DNA of 64,000 nt. Source: Lingula anatina (Eukaryota; Animalia; Brachiopoda). Position numbers and translations under genes: made by a program. The stretch covers positions 7,250,587 to 7,314,586 of the forward strand of contig CM120648.1 in assembly GCA_051362555.1 (NCBI GenBank), read 5' to 3'. Positions 52,201 to 64,000 of this stretch are shown here, in pieces. The notes under the pieces were generated by a model, which was not told the origin of the DNA, ran no database searches, and saw only the letters and a list, made by a program, of their open reading frames with translations. Each line of letters opens with the position of its first letter. Within the stretch, counting starts at the first letter, position 1.

Positions 52201-55200
52201 TCCTCTCACCACGCAATTTCTTTTCGGTAAGTTAGTGAGGCTCCTGTTACAAAGCTAACGTAGAAAAATGCTGTCAATGGAATGAGACCAACGTCTCACG
52301 AATCTCCTCCGATCAACCGTTGCTTAATCGGTTTTGAGTAAGTTCAAGAGCTGTTGCCAAATGTCCTTTTCCTTATGTGTAGCTACAAATCTTTAAAAGC
52401 TTAATTTCCTTATCAGCTATCAGCCAAAAACAGTTCAAACAACCTGACATTGTTAAAACACCAAAAGCAACTAGCGACGTGTCACCAGTCGGACGACGGT
52501 GACTGCGCTCTGTGTTATTTCTGTGCTGTAGCGAGAGGTCGAAGGTCAGATGTCAGAGGTCACGCTTTGACAATCCGGTTTGGGGACTTACTCTGAGGCA
52601 TTAGCATCAGGCCATTTGTCTTTCCTTTTTAAACACTCCCGAAATGAACTAGACTGCTTTCCTGATAAGAGGTTCACTAAGGGGAAACACGATTTTATAA
52701 TGATGATAGAGGTGAAAAGCACAATTCTTATGCACTTCAGCCATTGCTGTAAGTGCGAATATATCCCGAAGGCATTTCCACACGGCTCAAAAGGCTTCGC
52801 CTTGGAAAATCGAAATTATTTGCTGGTAAATTTGAACTTCAAATGTTTGGCGGCCAGAATAAAATATATGATATGCACAGTGAAGAGGCAGTTTACATCA
52901 TACTGTAAAGATGTCTACTTCACAAGTTATATGCACTCCATACATACCCAAACACCTTACGATACGTTTTTAAATCTTTCTGAATGCTCAACGCAAAATT
53001 TTAATAATCTCCATATTTCGAAACATAGATACACTTCCAATATTGCAAAAATGGAGAGGCCCTATAATTCCATCCTTTCTCAAACAGAGATAAATTCGGC
53101 AAACATAAAGGTATTATGGGGTAGGCCTACTATGGATGCATCAGCTTAAAATAACTTCTGATTTGTAAAAAAGATCACTTGTATTGTCACTTCCACTAAA
53201 AAAAAACATAAATCATCGCCACCGATACTACCTGTTGTGTGTATGTCTAAATAAGCAATGTCCTAAACACCCAAGATAGTCAATGACCCACAATCTTTCA
53301 CGAGATGTCTTCACGTTAACTTTCCGTTTTCTATCAGTATGACTAAGACCCAAACACTGTTAGTCTGTCTGTTTTTGCCCTTAAAGAGACATCATACTTA
53401 AAACACCCGTATATGAGAATTACATTAAATATACCTTTTTGTCAGCACGGTAACCAAACCAGATAATCAACAAAAGTTTTGTTGTAAAAGAAAAAAAACA
53501 ACATATTGAAAAGGAAGACATCGATACATTTTCTATTGAGATCAGACCACCTAGCTATACGTGATATGCCCGCAGACAAATTACACTCCGTTGTGTCTCA
53601 AAAGTCGTAATTTCAAACAAGTTCGGCCATCCTTACTTGCTATTCTATCTCAGCAGGAGGCCCTGACCCGTATCACAAGTTAATTTATCTTAATATTGAC
53701 ACCAGATAAAAAGGACTGCTATCTTCCCGGAAAAAAGTATTCTACCAGAACATGGCGACTGACCATTTTTCTTTTTTTTAACCATGGCAAACATCCTCAT
53801 TTAAGTGGATAAAGCCTGATTAATCTTGGGTCAGGCTGCTGTCTGCTTTTAGGTCATGTTTAAGTTTCGACTGCATTTAGTTCTTTTGATACACGAGTCC
53901 TTTTGAAAAATATTATAAATATAGGTGTAGCTGTGAGTAAGGGTGGCGACTAGAAATCAAAAAGAGCATCACAACTGATGGACAAACTGTTTAGATATTT
54001 ATAGTCGTGTGAGACCCTCCGGTCATTTTGGACAACGGCATGTCGGTCAAGAGGTCAAGCGTTTAGTAACACACAGGAAGTGCCCCCAGGGAAATGACAG
54101 CTGGCAGACGACACAAAATGCTGTATCTATACCTGTTGTGCGCGCTTCATCACCCCTTAACACAATTTGATAAATAAATAATCTTCTAAAAATACAAAAA
54201 TTTTGGACACTACATCAACTTGGTCACCACCTTTTTCTGATTTAATCAATACCAGTAGCATATTATTCTATTAATTTACTGGTCTTATATACTTTATATT
54301 CGTTTCTTTTTTAATATATTATTTTTCTATAACACAAACAAGAATTTATATCTTGCTTGTACACGGGGTGACGTAGACTTCCTAATATCTTTTAAAGGCC
54401 ATTATATCGCCAAAGTTGGCCGTACAGTACAGTGTAGATGATGGAATGAAGAACAAAAATGTTGAAAAATAAAGTCATATCAAACATACAGATGTAGCCG
54501 CACTGAACAGAAACACCCCTATCAAATCCTCAGCAGATCTCCAAGCTGGTAACACCATTACAATGCAACCCACGCGCTAACTTTATGCGAGGAGGTACGT
54601 AGGTAAAAAGGTGAGTCGTACTGTACTGTACCTCCTCTGGTCACCTGCGGCCAAAATAAGGTCATCAGAGGTCAACAAGGTCATTGACCCCCCTGGACGC
54701 AAGTCCGCCCATTAACGACGTAGTTCGACGTGACGTGAATAGCAGCGCTTGTACTGACCGTATACGTAGTAACGCGATTTGTGAATGAGAATAGACATTA
54801 TCACAATTAAATGGACTTATAAGTGATAAGAAAACGTACAGCATCAGGACACGAGTGTGTCGTATTTGCTGGACATTCACTTATATCTATAATAATGAAG
54901 AAATGTTTTAAAGTCAACTTTTGCCGACGTCTGTTTTAGACCAGTTTTGACCTCTTTAAAGGGACGATGGCTCGTGAAACCGACTCGGGGACACCCAGCC
55001 TCCTCTCTGCCCTCTCCCCCTCCCCCCCCCCCCCCCCTCTATCGCACTGAACCTAGAGGACATTATAGTTTTCGTAAAATTGTGAACCAGATAGATATCT
55101 CACCAGATAGACGCCCCATCTCCCCAGTTGACTATCCCAACCCAGATTGATGTGGTTATAAGGGAGAAGTGACGGTGTTGTGGCAGGCAAAGAGAGTTAT

Positions 55201-55328
55201 GATGGACGGCGATGTGAACTAATCAAATAAACAGGCGGACCCGTGTCCTTGCATCGCTGGACAACGTCCATCATTGTCAGTGTTTTTGTACCCTGAAGTC
55301 TCTTCATACTCTGTCCTTTTCTCTATTC

Positions 55329-55329
<1 letters not shown>

Positions 55330-55370
<41 letters not shown>

Positions 55371-55455
55371 CACCCTTCAACGCGTGCAAACTTGTATAAA
55401 GAGATACATGTACACACACACACAGATACAGAGAGAGAGAGAGAGAGAGAGAGAA
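55330..55455. repeat. (TC)n followed by (AC)n(AG)n microsatellites
   Basis: Seen directly. Confidence 0.9.
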
Positions 55456-56871
55456 ATTTAATGGTAGTAACACGTTGGTTGTTTTTTGCTCCAAACGGAC
55501 AGAAGGAAAGTAGCAGGTGCCAAGCTCCATTCCACATGATATTTTCTACAATTACCATACTATAACACGCGCCAGTCCTTAAATAATTTATCCACTGTGA
55601 AAATGGGATCCTCGTTATTATCGTCTTTAAACAAACCTGCTTCTATAAGGGATAGTAAGGGATAGTGAGAGTATTGACCCGTGGGCGATAAACTCAAACG
55701 ATGCTTAATCAATTATAATATTCCTTACACCTCCTGACCATAAGTTATACTGCTGCATGCATATTAAATCATAATAAGTACTAGCGTGCCTACAAACACA
55801 GTTCAACCTTTAAAGGTCTCAAACATGAATGATATACCTCCGACAGGTGCCAGCACATGACTGCCATATCAACACACGAGGGCCTGGATTTCAAACTGTT
55901 TTTTCATAACATCTCGGATTAGATTTAAAATAGTAATCAGAGGAGTCGCTCAGCTCAATGATGTAAACTGGGCAGTAGAATACGAGGTGAAATAATAATA
56001 ATAATTATTATAATTATTATAATAATAGATTAATGGTCGTGTAACCATCAATGGTGAATCTGTTTTTCTACTAGTGTATGCCTAACTGCTGTTTAATCAC
56101 TCTTCTTTCCCTCATATCATTCAGAGCGAAAAAATGCCCAATAAATCCACTTCTAAGTTGTATTAATCTCACCAATTAGAAATGAACAATTCAATACTTC
56201 TTTTCAAAAATCAAACAAGGGGAGACCAATTATATAGCCAGGTATAGTTAGGCAAGATACGACACCAGAATATCATTTGTCAATACAAACTACAATGAGT
56301 ATGACATCTTTTAAAAGTTTGAATTACAACATGATAGTTTATCCTAACGTCAAATAATATTAACTGCTTACAATAATCAAAAGACAATCAGACACTACCT
56401 ATCACATATAAAGCACATGAAATCCCACCTACCACTTAAACAGACTAAAAACCAAGCGAAAATTCCAGATACAGGTTCACAAAAATTTACCAGTTTCTCC
56501 AGCCTCTCTCTCGGGCCGACACTTCGCGCTTCCTATTAGCATATTTTCGCCGTTAAAGAAATTCCTGACCGCATTTTTAATGCGATGATCAGCATTGAAA
56601 TCCAATGCGTTTCAAAACAGGTAAGCAAAAGGACAGGTGAGGCGAAGGTGTGTGTTAATGTTACAGCCCAATTTACGTGTTGGGGTTGGCGAGGGGTGTT
56701 TTAGGGAAATAATATTGATTAAGTTGATTGACATACCCCGCCTGCATGCTGATTGACATGACATTGTTATGCCGTTATACTTATTAAGCACATCTTTTAG
56801 TTTCAAAACTGCACTTCAAGCTTCTTATGGATTATACAAGTGAAAAATGGTTTTTGTATTTGACATTTTAA

Positions 56872-59800
56872 GTGTGTGTCCATGATAAGACCAGTCAGAG
56901 GGTGGCAAGGTGGGGGTCAACAGATTTCAACCAAATTCATAATATTGTTGCATATATAGGAGATATTAAGATTGAAGGCAACAATCCCAAAAGAAATCAT
57001 TGGATATAATTATAATATGATATTATATGTTTTGGCCATTTTTGGCTTAATTTTCAGTTTCGGTCAATAAAGCCACTTCATAAGCAAATATGTCAAAACT
57101 GACGACTTTTTAAAATTAATTGAAAATTTACCTATTTAAACCAGCCATTTGCCATTGAGAATATGCTACTAAATTTCAGTTTAACCCACAAACTAACGAG
57201 CCATGCCCATTTTTATGACCCCACCCCCCAAACTCACTTTTCTACCAAGCAATGTTCAAGCATTCATATCTCTCTTTTTGCAGGCTTGACAGCCATAAAA
57301 TTTTATAGGGATCCTAAGCATATATTGGTCTAATCATACAAAATTAAAAAAGTGTGTTAAACACAACAGAAGATATTGAAAAAGTGCCTCAAACTAAGCA
57401 ATTTTAGCAAAAAACCAAACGGCCGAAATCAAGATATCAGTACATTTTGAGATAAAATTCCTTCCAATAATCAAATTTAATCAAAGACTCACAGCCAGGA
57501 ATTCAAACTATGCTTTGATAAGGGCAAATCTATCCAATTTTTATAAATACAAAATGGCTGCCATCAAATCTGTCCCAAAAATACAGTTACCCTAATTCCT
57601 CAAAATAATCAAGAGGCCCATTTTTGCAGGTTTTTTATTTTGAGAACTGTAATACAGGATTGCTCAAATAATATTCTTTTCAAACAGAGCCATACAACTT
57701 CTGAATAAATTTAAATTACAAGTTATCCCCCCCCCCCCCTCCATTTAATAAGTTATTACTGTGCATATCCAGTGTCATCAGCATTGTGTATATACCTTAT
57801 TTTCAGGGAGCAATAGAGAAAAAAAATTACAAATGATTTTTCTAAAGGTAAAAGGGAATGACTGTCTCATTTTATCAGTTTTCTCAAGTGCAACACTAAT
57901 TAATCCACTTGAAATGATTTATATTGCATTTTTTCAACCATTCTTTTTCCTTTCTAATGATTCATAGGCTTTGTAAATACATGTGATATCTTGATATCTA
58001 TATTCTTTATCTATAAAGAAAATTAAAACAGAGTCAGCAACATACAATAACAGGAGGAGTACTTTATTTTCATATTATCAATTGGACAGTAAAAGAACAA
58101 AGCAGTTACTTTTTACAGGAGTGAAATCAAGTTATGAATCTCCAAGGTTCCTATATCACGGCCATCTTTTCCATATACTGAACACAACAGTGATGGGTAG
58201 TGTTCCACAGATTTTAATCTTATAACTGATTGATCCCTAAGTTTCTTCTTCTGGTTGAGAGATCCAGGGTCTCCTACAGTAATGATAATTCAGCAATCTT
58301 AGAATAAGTGTGGTAACTTGAAGCAACATGCCACTATAGTTTAGTGTGACTGAACTGTCAATTGTCAATATTTGTAAATTCAATGGCGCCAATCCTCCTT
58401 TCCTACAAAACTGAATGAGATTGCCAAGACAAAGATGCACATTTGTCATGGGGGATTGTCCCAAGGTGGCTCCTCCAAGTCCAATAGAGGTTTGCCAGGA
58501 TATCCACTACTGCGCCTACCTGAAGATGGCAGGACAGGCTGTCAAAAGAAAATGTATTAAACATATTTTAAACTCATGTTAATTGCTGTATAAGAACAAT
58601 TACTAAATAATATTCTGATCAAACATATTGCATAAATGTAAAAAAAGAAATCAAATATGCATGACTGTAGCTACCAGAATTTCATGATATGAAAAGAAAC
58701 AAATGAAAAAAAGGTAAACCTTTTTTCTTCTCCATGGAAGTGTTCCAGGCATTACAAAGTTGGTACTCACATCTGAATCTGATGAATTTACCTGTGCAAT
58801 TTCAGGTGACTTTTCTATTATTGTCTGTAAGATTGTCCAGGTCAAGGTTCACATACAGGCCTAGGATGTAAATTCTGAAAAATAAACATAACATCAATAA
58901 ATGCTTTACAACAACAGAGGCTTACTGTGTTCAGAATAGAAACTATCGTAGCAGGATCAATCTATTTCAGCGGAGTATCACACTCGGGCTCAGTCGTTGT
59001 AATCAGCTTAATTGTCTGGCACGCCCCCTTGCAAAGCAACATGAACAACATAATGGACCGCAAAGTTTTCCTGATTTTACATAAGTACCTTTAGTTACAA
59101 GTGTCCTGTGTAATATATGTAAGTCTTGAAAATTGAAGCACAGGCGGTTAACTTCAACTTCATTGTAAACACACAAATCTGCAAAGTGAATATAAAACTA
59201 AAATGTAAAAAACTGGCACAAGTAACATCCCCTAAAATGCCAAAACTTGAAACTGAATGTGTGTTACATACCTTTGACTCTGGGTAAGAAATTTCTTATG
59301 AATCTGTCTTCAAGCTCAGCATAGTCCTTAACTGTTTGTGTTATGATAACACATGTAACAAAGCCCTAGAATTTAATGCAAAAATATACTTCATAAGTTG
59401 GATACACAGTTAATTCTTTTCAGCATACATGTTTACCATGAAACAGAAATCAAGTAAAACTCTGTGAATTGAAATATACCAGTATGTCTTTAAAATTTGC
59501 TTATACATGTATTCTTTATATTACTGAATAATATTCAAACGTATTATTTAAACTGGTTTGAGTTTTTAGTGTATCTGATTCTAGTATATGTATGCCACCA
59601 CTGATCACTTACCTTACAACAAACATCCAGAGCTAAATCGATGAGATGGATATATTGAGGAACCCAAGCCTGACAACAGTCTGAAGTGGTTCAACCAAAA
59701 AATGCACATTCTAAGGACGACCAGCTGCTATGGTCATTTCTTGTTATATTCTGGTGCACACCAATCATTCTGAGATGTACTTAAGCATCTCTAGTGCGTG

Positions 59801-60655
59801 TTCTTCATAAATTTAAGAAAGTATTATGTTTTAACACTGTGAAGACGATGTGCTTTGCTCCACAGCTGCTCCGGTGATAATCCTAGTACCCGCCATGTTG
59901 AAAATAGGTCACTGAGTTAGCATCGTTATTTTACATTTAGTTTCTACAACATAAACAAATTTAAAAAATGCATTTTCGCTTCATAAGTTCGTCTTCAGGG
60001 CAAACATAATTATTTTAAGGGCTTTTCACAAACCTATACATGGTTTTGACTTATTTATTTAGTTGAAGAAACAGTTTAGCATTTAAGTAGTATAAAAATA
60101 TTCGTTTTTAGGCCCTTTTTAAAATTGTTGTAGTTCTTATTTTACAAGGTTTAACACAGATTTTATTTTACAAAATTTATTTTTTAACCCTTTTCTATCA
60201 GCACATACCAAAATTATATGGATAAAACCTGCAAAAAAGAAGTTGTGTGCATTTAAAGAAGGGGAGGGGGTCAAGCATACGGAAAACATGCCTTATTAGA
60301 ATCAACCTTGTGTGGTCATGACAGTGCCTTTTCAAAAAATCTGTACTGGGTATTAAAGGTCTTTCCTTAACCTATCATGTGGCTTACCTTAATAATTCCT
60401 TATGCTGTACATGATTTTTTAAAAGAATATTTAAAATTATAACTTTTCAAGAGCTAAAAAGTGCTATATTTTGGCAAAATTGCCAATAAAAGATCTGCCC
60501 CCATATCTCTAAAACTAATGATCCAAAATAAGAAAGCCAGTGGCTCACAATATCTTTTATGTTGATGGTTTACCACACCAAAAATTATTAAAATCTGCTG
60601 ACCCCCACCTTGCCACCTTCTGACTGATCTGTCTGGCTTTCTCATGGACGCGCTC
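56872..60655. mobile_element. 3.8-kb non-autonomous or decayed DNA transposon, TTAA TSD, Kolobok-like termini
   Basis: Left ttaa|gtgtgtgtccatga..cagtcagagggtggcaaggtgggggtcaacagattt is the inverse of right aaatctgctgacccccaccttgccaccttctgactg..tcatggacgcgctc|ttaa. No intact ORF inside. Confidence 0.8.
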
Positions 60656-62070
60656 TTAAGTTTAAAGTATTACACAAAAATATACGGGCTTTTTTATAAG
60701 ATTTTTATACATTTTATACATCATTTTTATACATAATAGTTCTTTTTAACGGCAAAGCACAGAATTTTGAGGAAACATTTCTAGAAATCTGTTATTTAAA
60801 CCCAATATCTCAGTGACATTGGGATATCGCTTTGGAGGCACCCTTTCTTTGAGCCAAGTGGGGCTGAGAGTCTTCATGGGTCAAAAATTCCCTGAGGTCT
60901 TCATCCACACGTCTTCAGTCTTACATTACAACCCGTATTTCAGCTCCTCCGCGTCAGAGAAAGGGCTTTCCTGACTCATTTTGCCACGTCACGAGACTTC
61001 CTTAAATGGCAGGGAAACCCCCGACACTACCTGGCGCTCTGACAAAAAGGTGTTACCGAGCATTTGTCGGTGTTGGATAAGATTCAACATCTTTTAAATA
61101 AATGGCATCGTGGATGATATGTTAACTCGTGACTTAATGATTCTTTCAAGAAAACATTTTCATTTTTTTTCATGAACTAAATAAAAAACTCCAAGACTTA
61201 TTTCCTCATTGTTTCTATAGAAAAGATACAAAAGTTAAAGAGGGGATACAAACTCAGTTCCGTTAAACAATTTGGCTGAATGACAAATAAATGAAAACAG
61301 TTCTTTCTACCGTTTTGAAATGGCATGGTTGACAAATGGGATGGGTGATAAACCCGTTGGGTTATTTTCATAAGTTGTTAGATAATTGAAAATACTACCT
61401 TGTTCTTTACAGATGACTTACTTATCATGTAATACTGTCGACCAGCTGTGTCATCTAGACCTACACCGATTTAGATACATGGCGATCTCCTGATGCAACT
61501 TTTCATGGCATAAAAACGAATCAAGCAAAAAAAAAATCGTTTCGCCAATAAATTCGCATATACAAGAACATGACAAGATTATCAGCTTAATAGACGGACA
61601 TAGAAATAGCCAGATAAATGATTAAACCGAAAGGCAGTTAACTGTGATGCACTGCTCACGTATAGCGGTAAATACCAAAGGTCTGAGTGATGGCTATCAA
61701 CAGGTATACATACTTTATCGGATACAAATACAGTGAATGGCTGCAAGAGGAAAACCCATATTTCTCTCATTTTATGCACAATGAATATGTACGTAGTGGC
61801 ATATACAATTGTACGCACATTGATACAATTTTTCAAGAACTGTAGTGTTGCAGCGTCTGTCATCAAGATGGTCAAAAAAGTGTCACAAACCTGGCACGCG
61901 ACTTGTGCGACCTCAACTGGCCACATCACCGCTTATCTGATGGTCTAAATGGACGGTTTGACCTTTATCGTCTGCTTTATCGCTAGAAGGAAACCGTTGA
62001 GATGTATATCGCCATTATGTGGTAATGATATCATCTAGACCCAACAAAATGGTCAGCATACGAGAGAGGA

Positions 62071-62183
<113 letters not shown>

Positions 62184-62520
62184 GCATGAATTTTTGAAAA
62201 TATCCCATGCCATGCAGTATCACACTTATCTACATACAAATTTCCAGGTCACTAAAACGAGGAGTAAACATTTTATTTAGTAGAAAGTATAGCTCACTTT
62301 GTCATATCTTGTGATTCGAAACACTACAGTGTACATAGTAATATTTGTATTATTCACAACAATGCCAGCATATATAGTAATGTATGTCACGTTTATCATA
62401 ATCACGAGACTTAAACAAACAAGTATCACCCTACCAGCTTCTTTTCTGATATCTGAGTGTCATATCAACCACCAAGTATCATTTCGAATCGAGAGATTCC
62501 TCGAGTGCGCGCGCGGGTGA

Positions 62521-62554
62521 GTGTGTGTGTGTGTGTGTGTGTGTGGGGGGGGGG

Positions 62555-62594
<40 letters not shown>
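62521..62594. repeat. Compound (GT)n(G)n(GA)n microsatellite
   Basis: Seen directly. Confidence 0.95.
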
Positions 62595-62598
<4 letters not shown>

Positions 62599-63583
62599 CG
62601 ATCTCTGAGCTTACGCATATGCGCGCGAGCTAATGTGTGTGTGTGTGTGTTAAAATCCATGAATATTGGCCCTACCTTATAACAACAACCTACCACCGTA
62701 AAAAACACACGACTTTAAACGTTTGAATGCCTGCACACTCACCACACTACTCTGCAACACCGTCAGAATCATGAAGTTAACGTGGGAGACTCGATCCGAA
62801 ATGCTACATGAAGAAACTGAATCCCCCCTCCCATTAACTGTCAACCTTGGGGGACTGACGCTACCTGTCTGTGTCACTGCCCAATGCCGGACACCGGTTA
62901 CTGAATGGTCAACTGACAGTCCTCTCAGCGCTAGCCTCTATTTTTTTCACCTGGGTTGCTATTTCAATAATATGTCAACCCGTTATTTGTAGTGTTACCC
63001 TACCTATGAATACCTCTTAATGGACGGACTCGGTCCACTCATTGTCCGCCCCAGGTACGCTGATTGCGAACGCCACAGTGTGCCCAGACTTACCCTCCCT
63101 ATCCTTAACTAGCCTGTAATTCTTGTTATATGCAGCCAGTCTGTAGGCAGCGCCGTTTAGTTATATTGCCGGCATTCAGTACACGGAGGTGGTTGGTTAT
63201 ATATATAGAACGTACATATCCTGAATCACCTGGCTTCGCGTTGAATTCGAGTGGCGATCCCTTATATTATAGGAGCGTGGAGCGTGCTTGGCTTATACAC
63301 AGTTACACTGATTTAATACTCACTGGTAGTCTCTTCACACACAGACTGTGACCTCTATAGCCGGGTTCATGTTGTCAAGATATGTAACCAGCCTGTGGTA
63401 TTCTGGTTATTCCATACTGAACATGTGTAAGTGAAACACACATATATTGTGCATAGTACAGTATACCCTTTCATTATACTTATAAAATCCCTGTTTAATA
63501 CGCGTATTAAAACGTCCTTGGACTCCATGAATGTGTACTGAAACGAGCTTCTGGAATATATACTTTCCAGTGGTAGTGGCGAT

Positions 63584-63585
<2 letters not shown>

Positions 63586-63614
<29 letters not shown>

Positions 63615-63621
63615 AGGGGGG
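63586..63621. repeat. poly(G) tract
   Basis: Seen directly. Confidence 0.95.
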
Positions 63622-64000
63622 AGCATATCTCTTACTGGTATGTTTAGACTTGAAATGCCCAATGAATGTTCCCTGTTCATTCAGATCAATACTGATAAAA
63701 AAGATCAAATATTAAAGAGGGTATGGAAACACAGGTAGTTCCACTCATGATTAACAACACCTACCTTGAGCCCTGTTCGTATCAGCTGTTAACCTCGTAC
63801 GTCGACCGACTGCTGGAGAATCGTTATGCACTGTGTAACGTCGTGTCTTGATTATGACGGTTAAAACAACATTAAGTGCGCTACTGCGCCTGCGCGACCC
63901 TGAAAGGTACGGCATAGCAGGGTGAGTCACTGGCCTCTCTTTTTTGAAATTAACAACAACGCGTAACAACTTATTAGTTACCGTCTGAGAGCACAAGTAG

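Noticed and set aside
52580-53149. 189-aa plus-strand ORF
   Set aside because: TTG start, AT-rich, no motifs or splice support; probably a chance ORF.

Overview
AT-rich animal (probably marine invertebrate) genomic DNA with GT-AG introns, many microsatellites and several non-autonomous DNA transposons. There are three well-supported protein-coding genes. Two are minus-strand, tandem sacsin-like paralogues of about 1.9-2.1k aa (A: 868-7436; B: 33129-40110). Each has a single GHKL/HSP90-like sacsin repeat region followed by a J-domain and a HEPN domain; B keeps the HPD motif and A has lost it. The third is a plus-strand, two-exon Star-like FkbM (Methyltransf_21) gene at 13662-14755. The most notable observation is a minus-strand exon (49164-49286) encoding a perfect 2A/StopGo ribosome-skipping motif (LLQSGDVELNPG|P). 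It ends in a phase-0 donor compatible with the ATG-less, phase-0 first exon of paralogue B, suggesting a 2A-led mini-sacsin. Paralogue A has an analogous candidate leader exon (17558-17791) that would nest the methyltransferase gene inside its intron. A 3.8-kb TTAA-flanked element with terminal inverted repeats (Kolobok-like) lies at 56872-60655. All exon joins were derived by eye; the long-range 5' joins are inferences.
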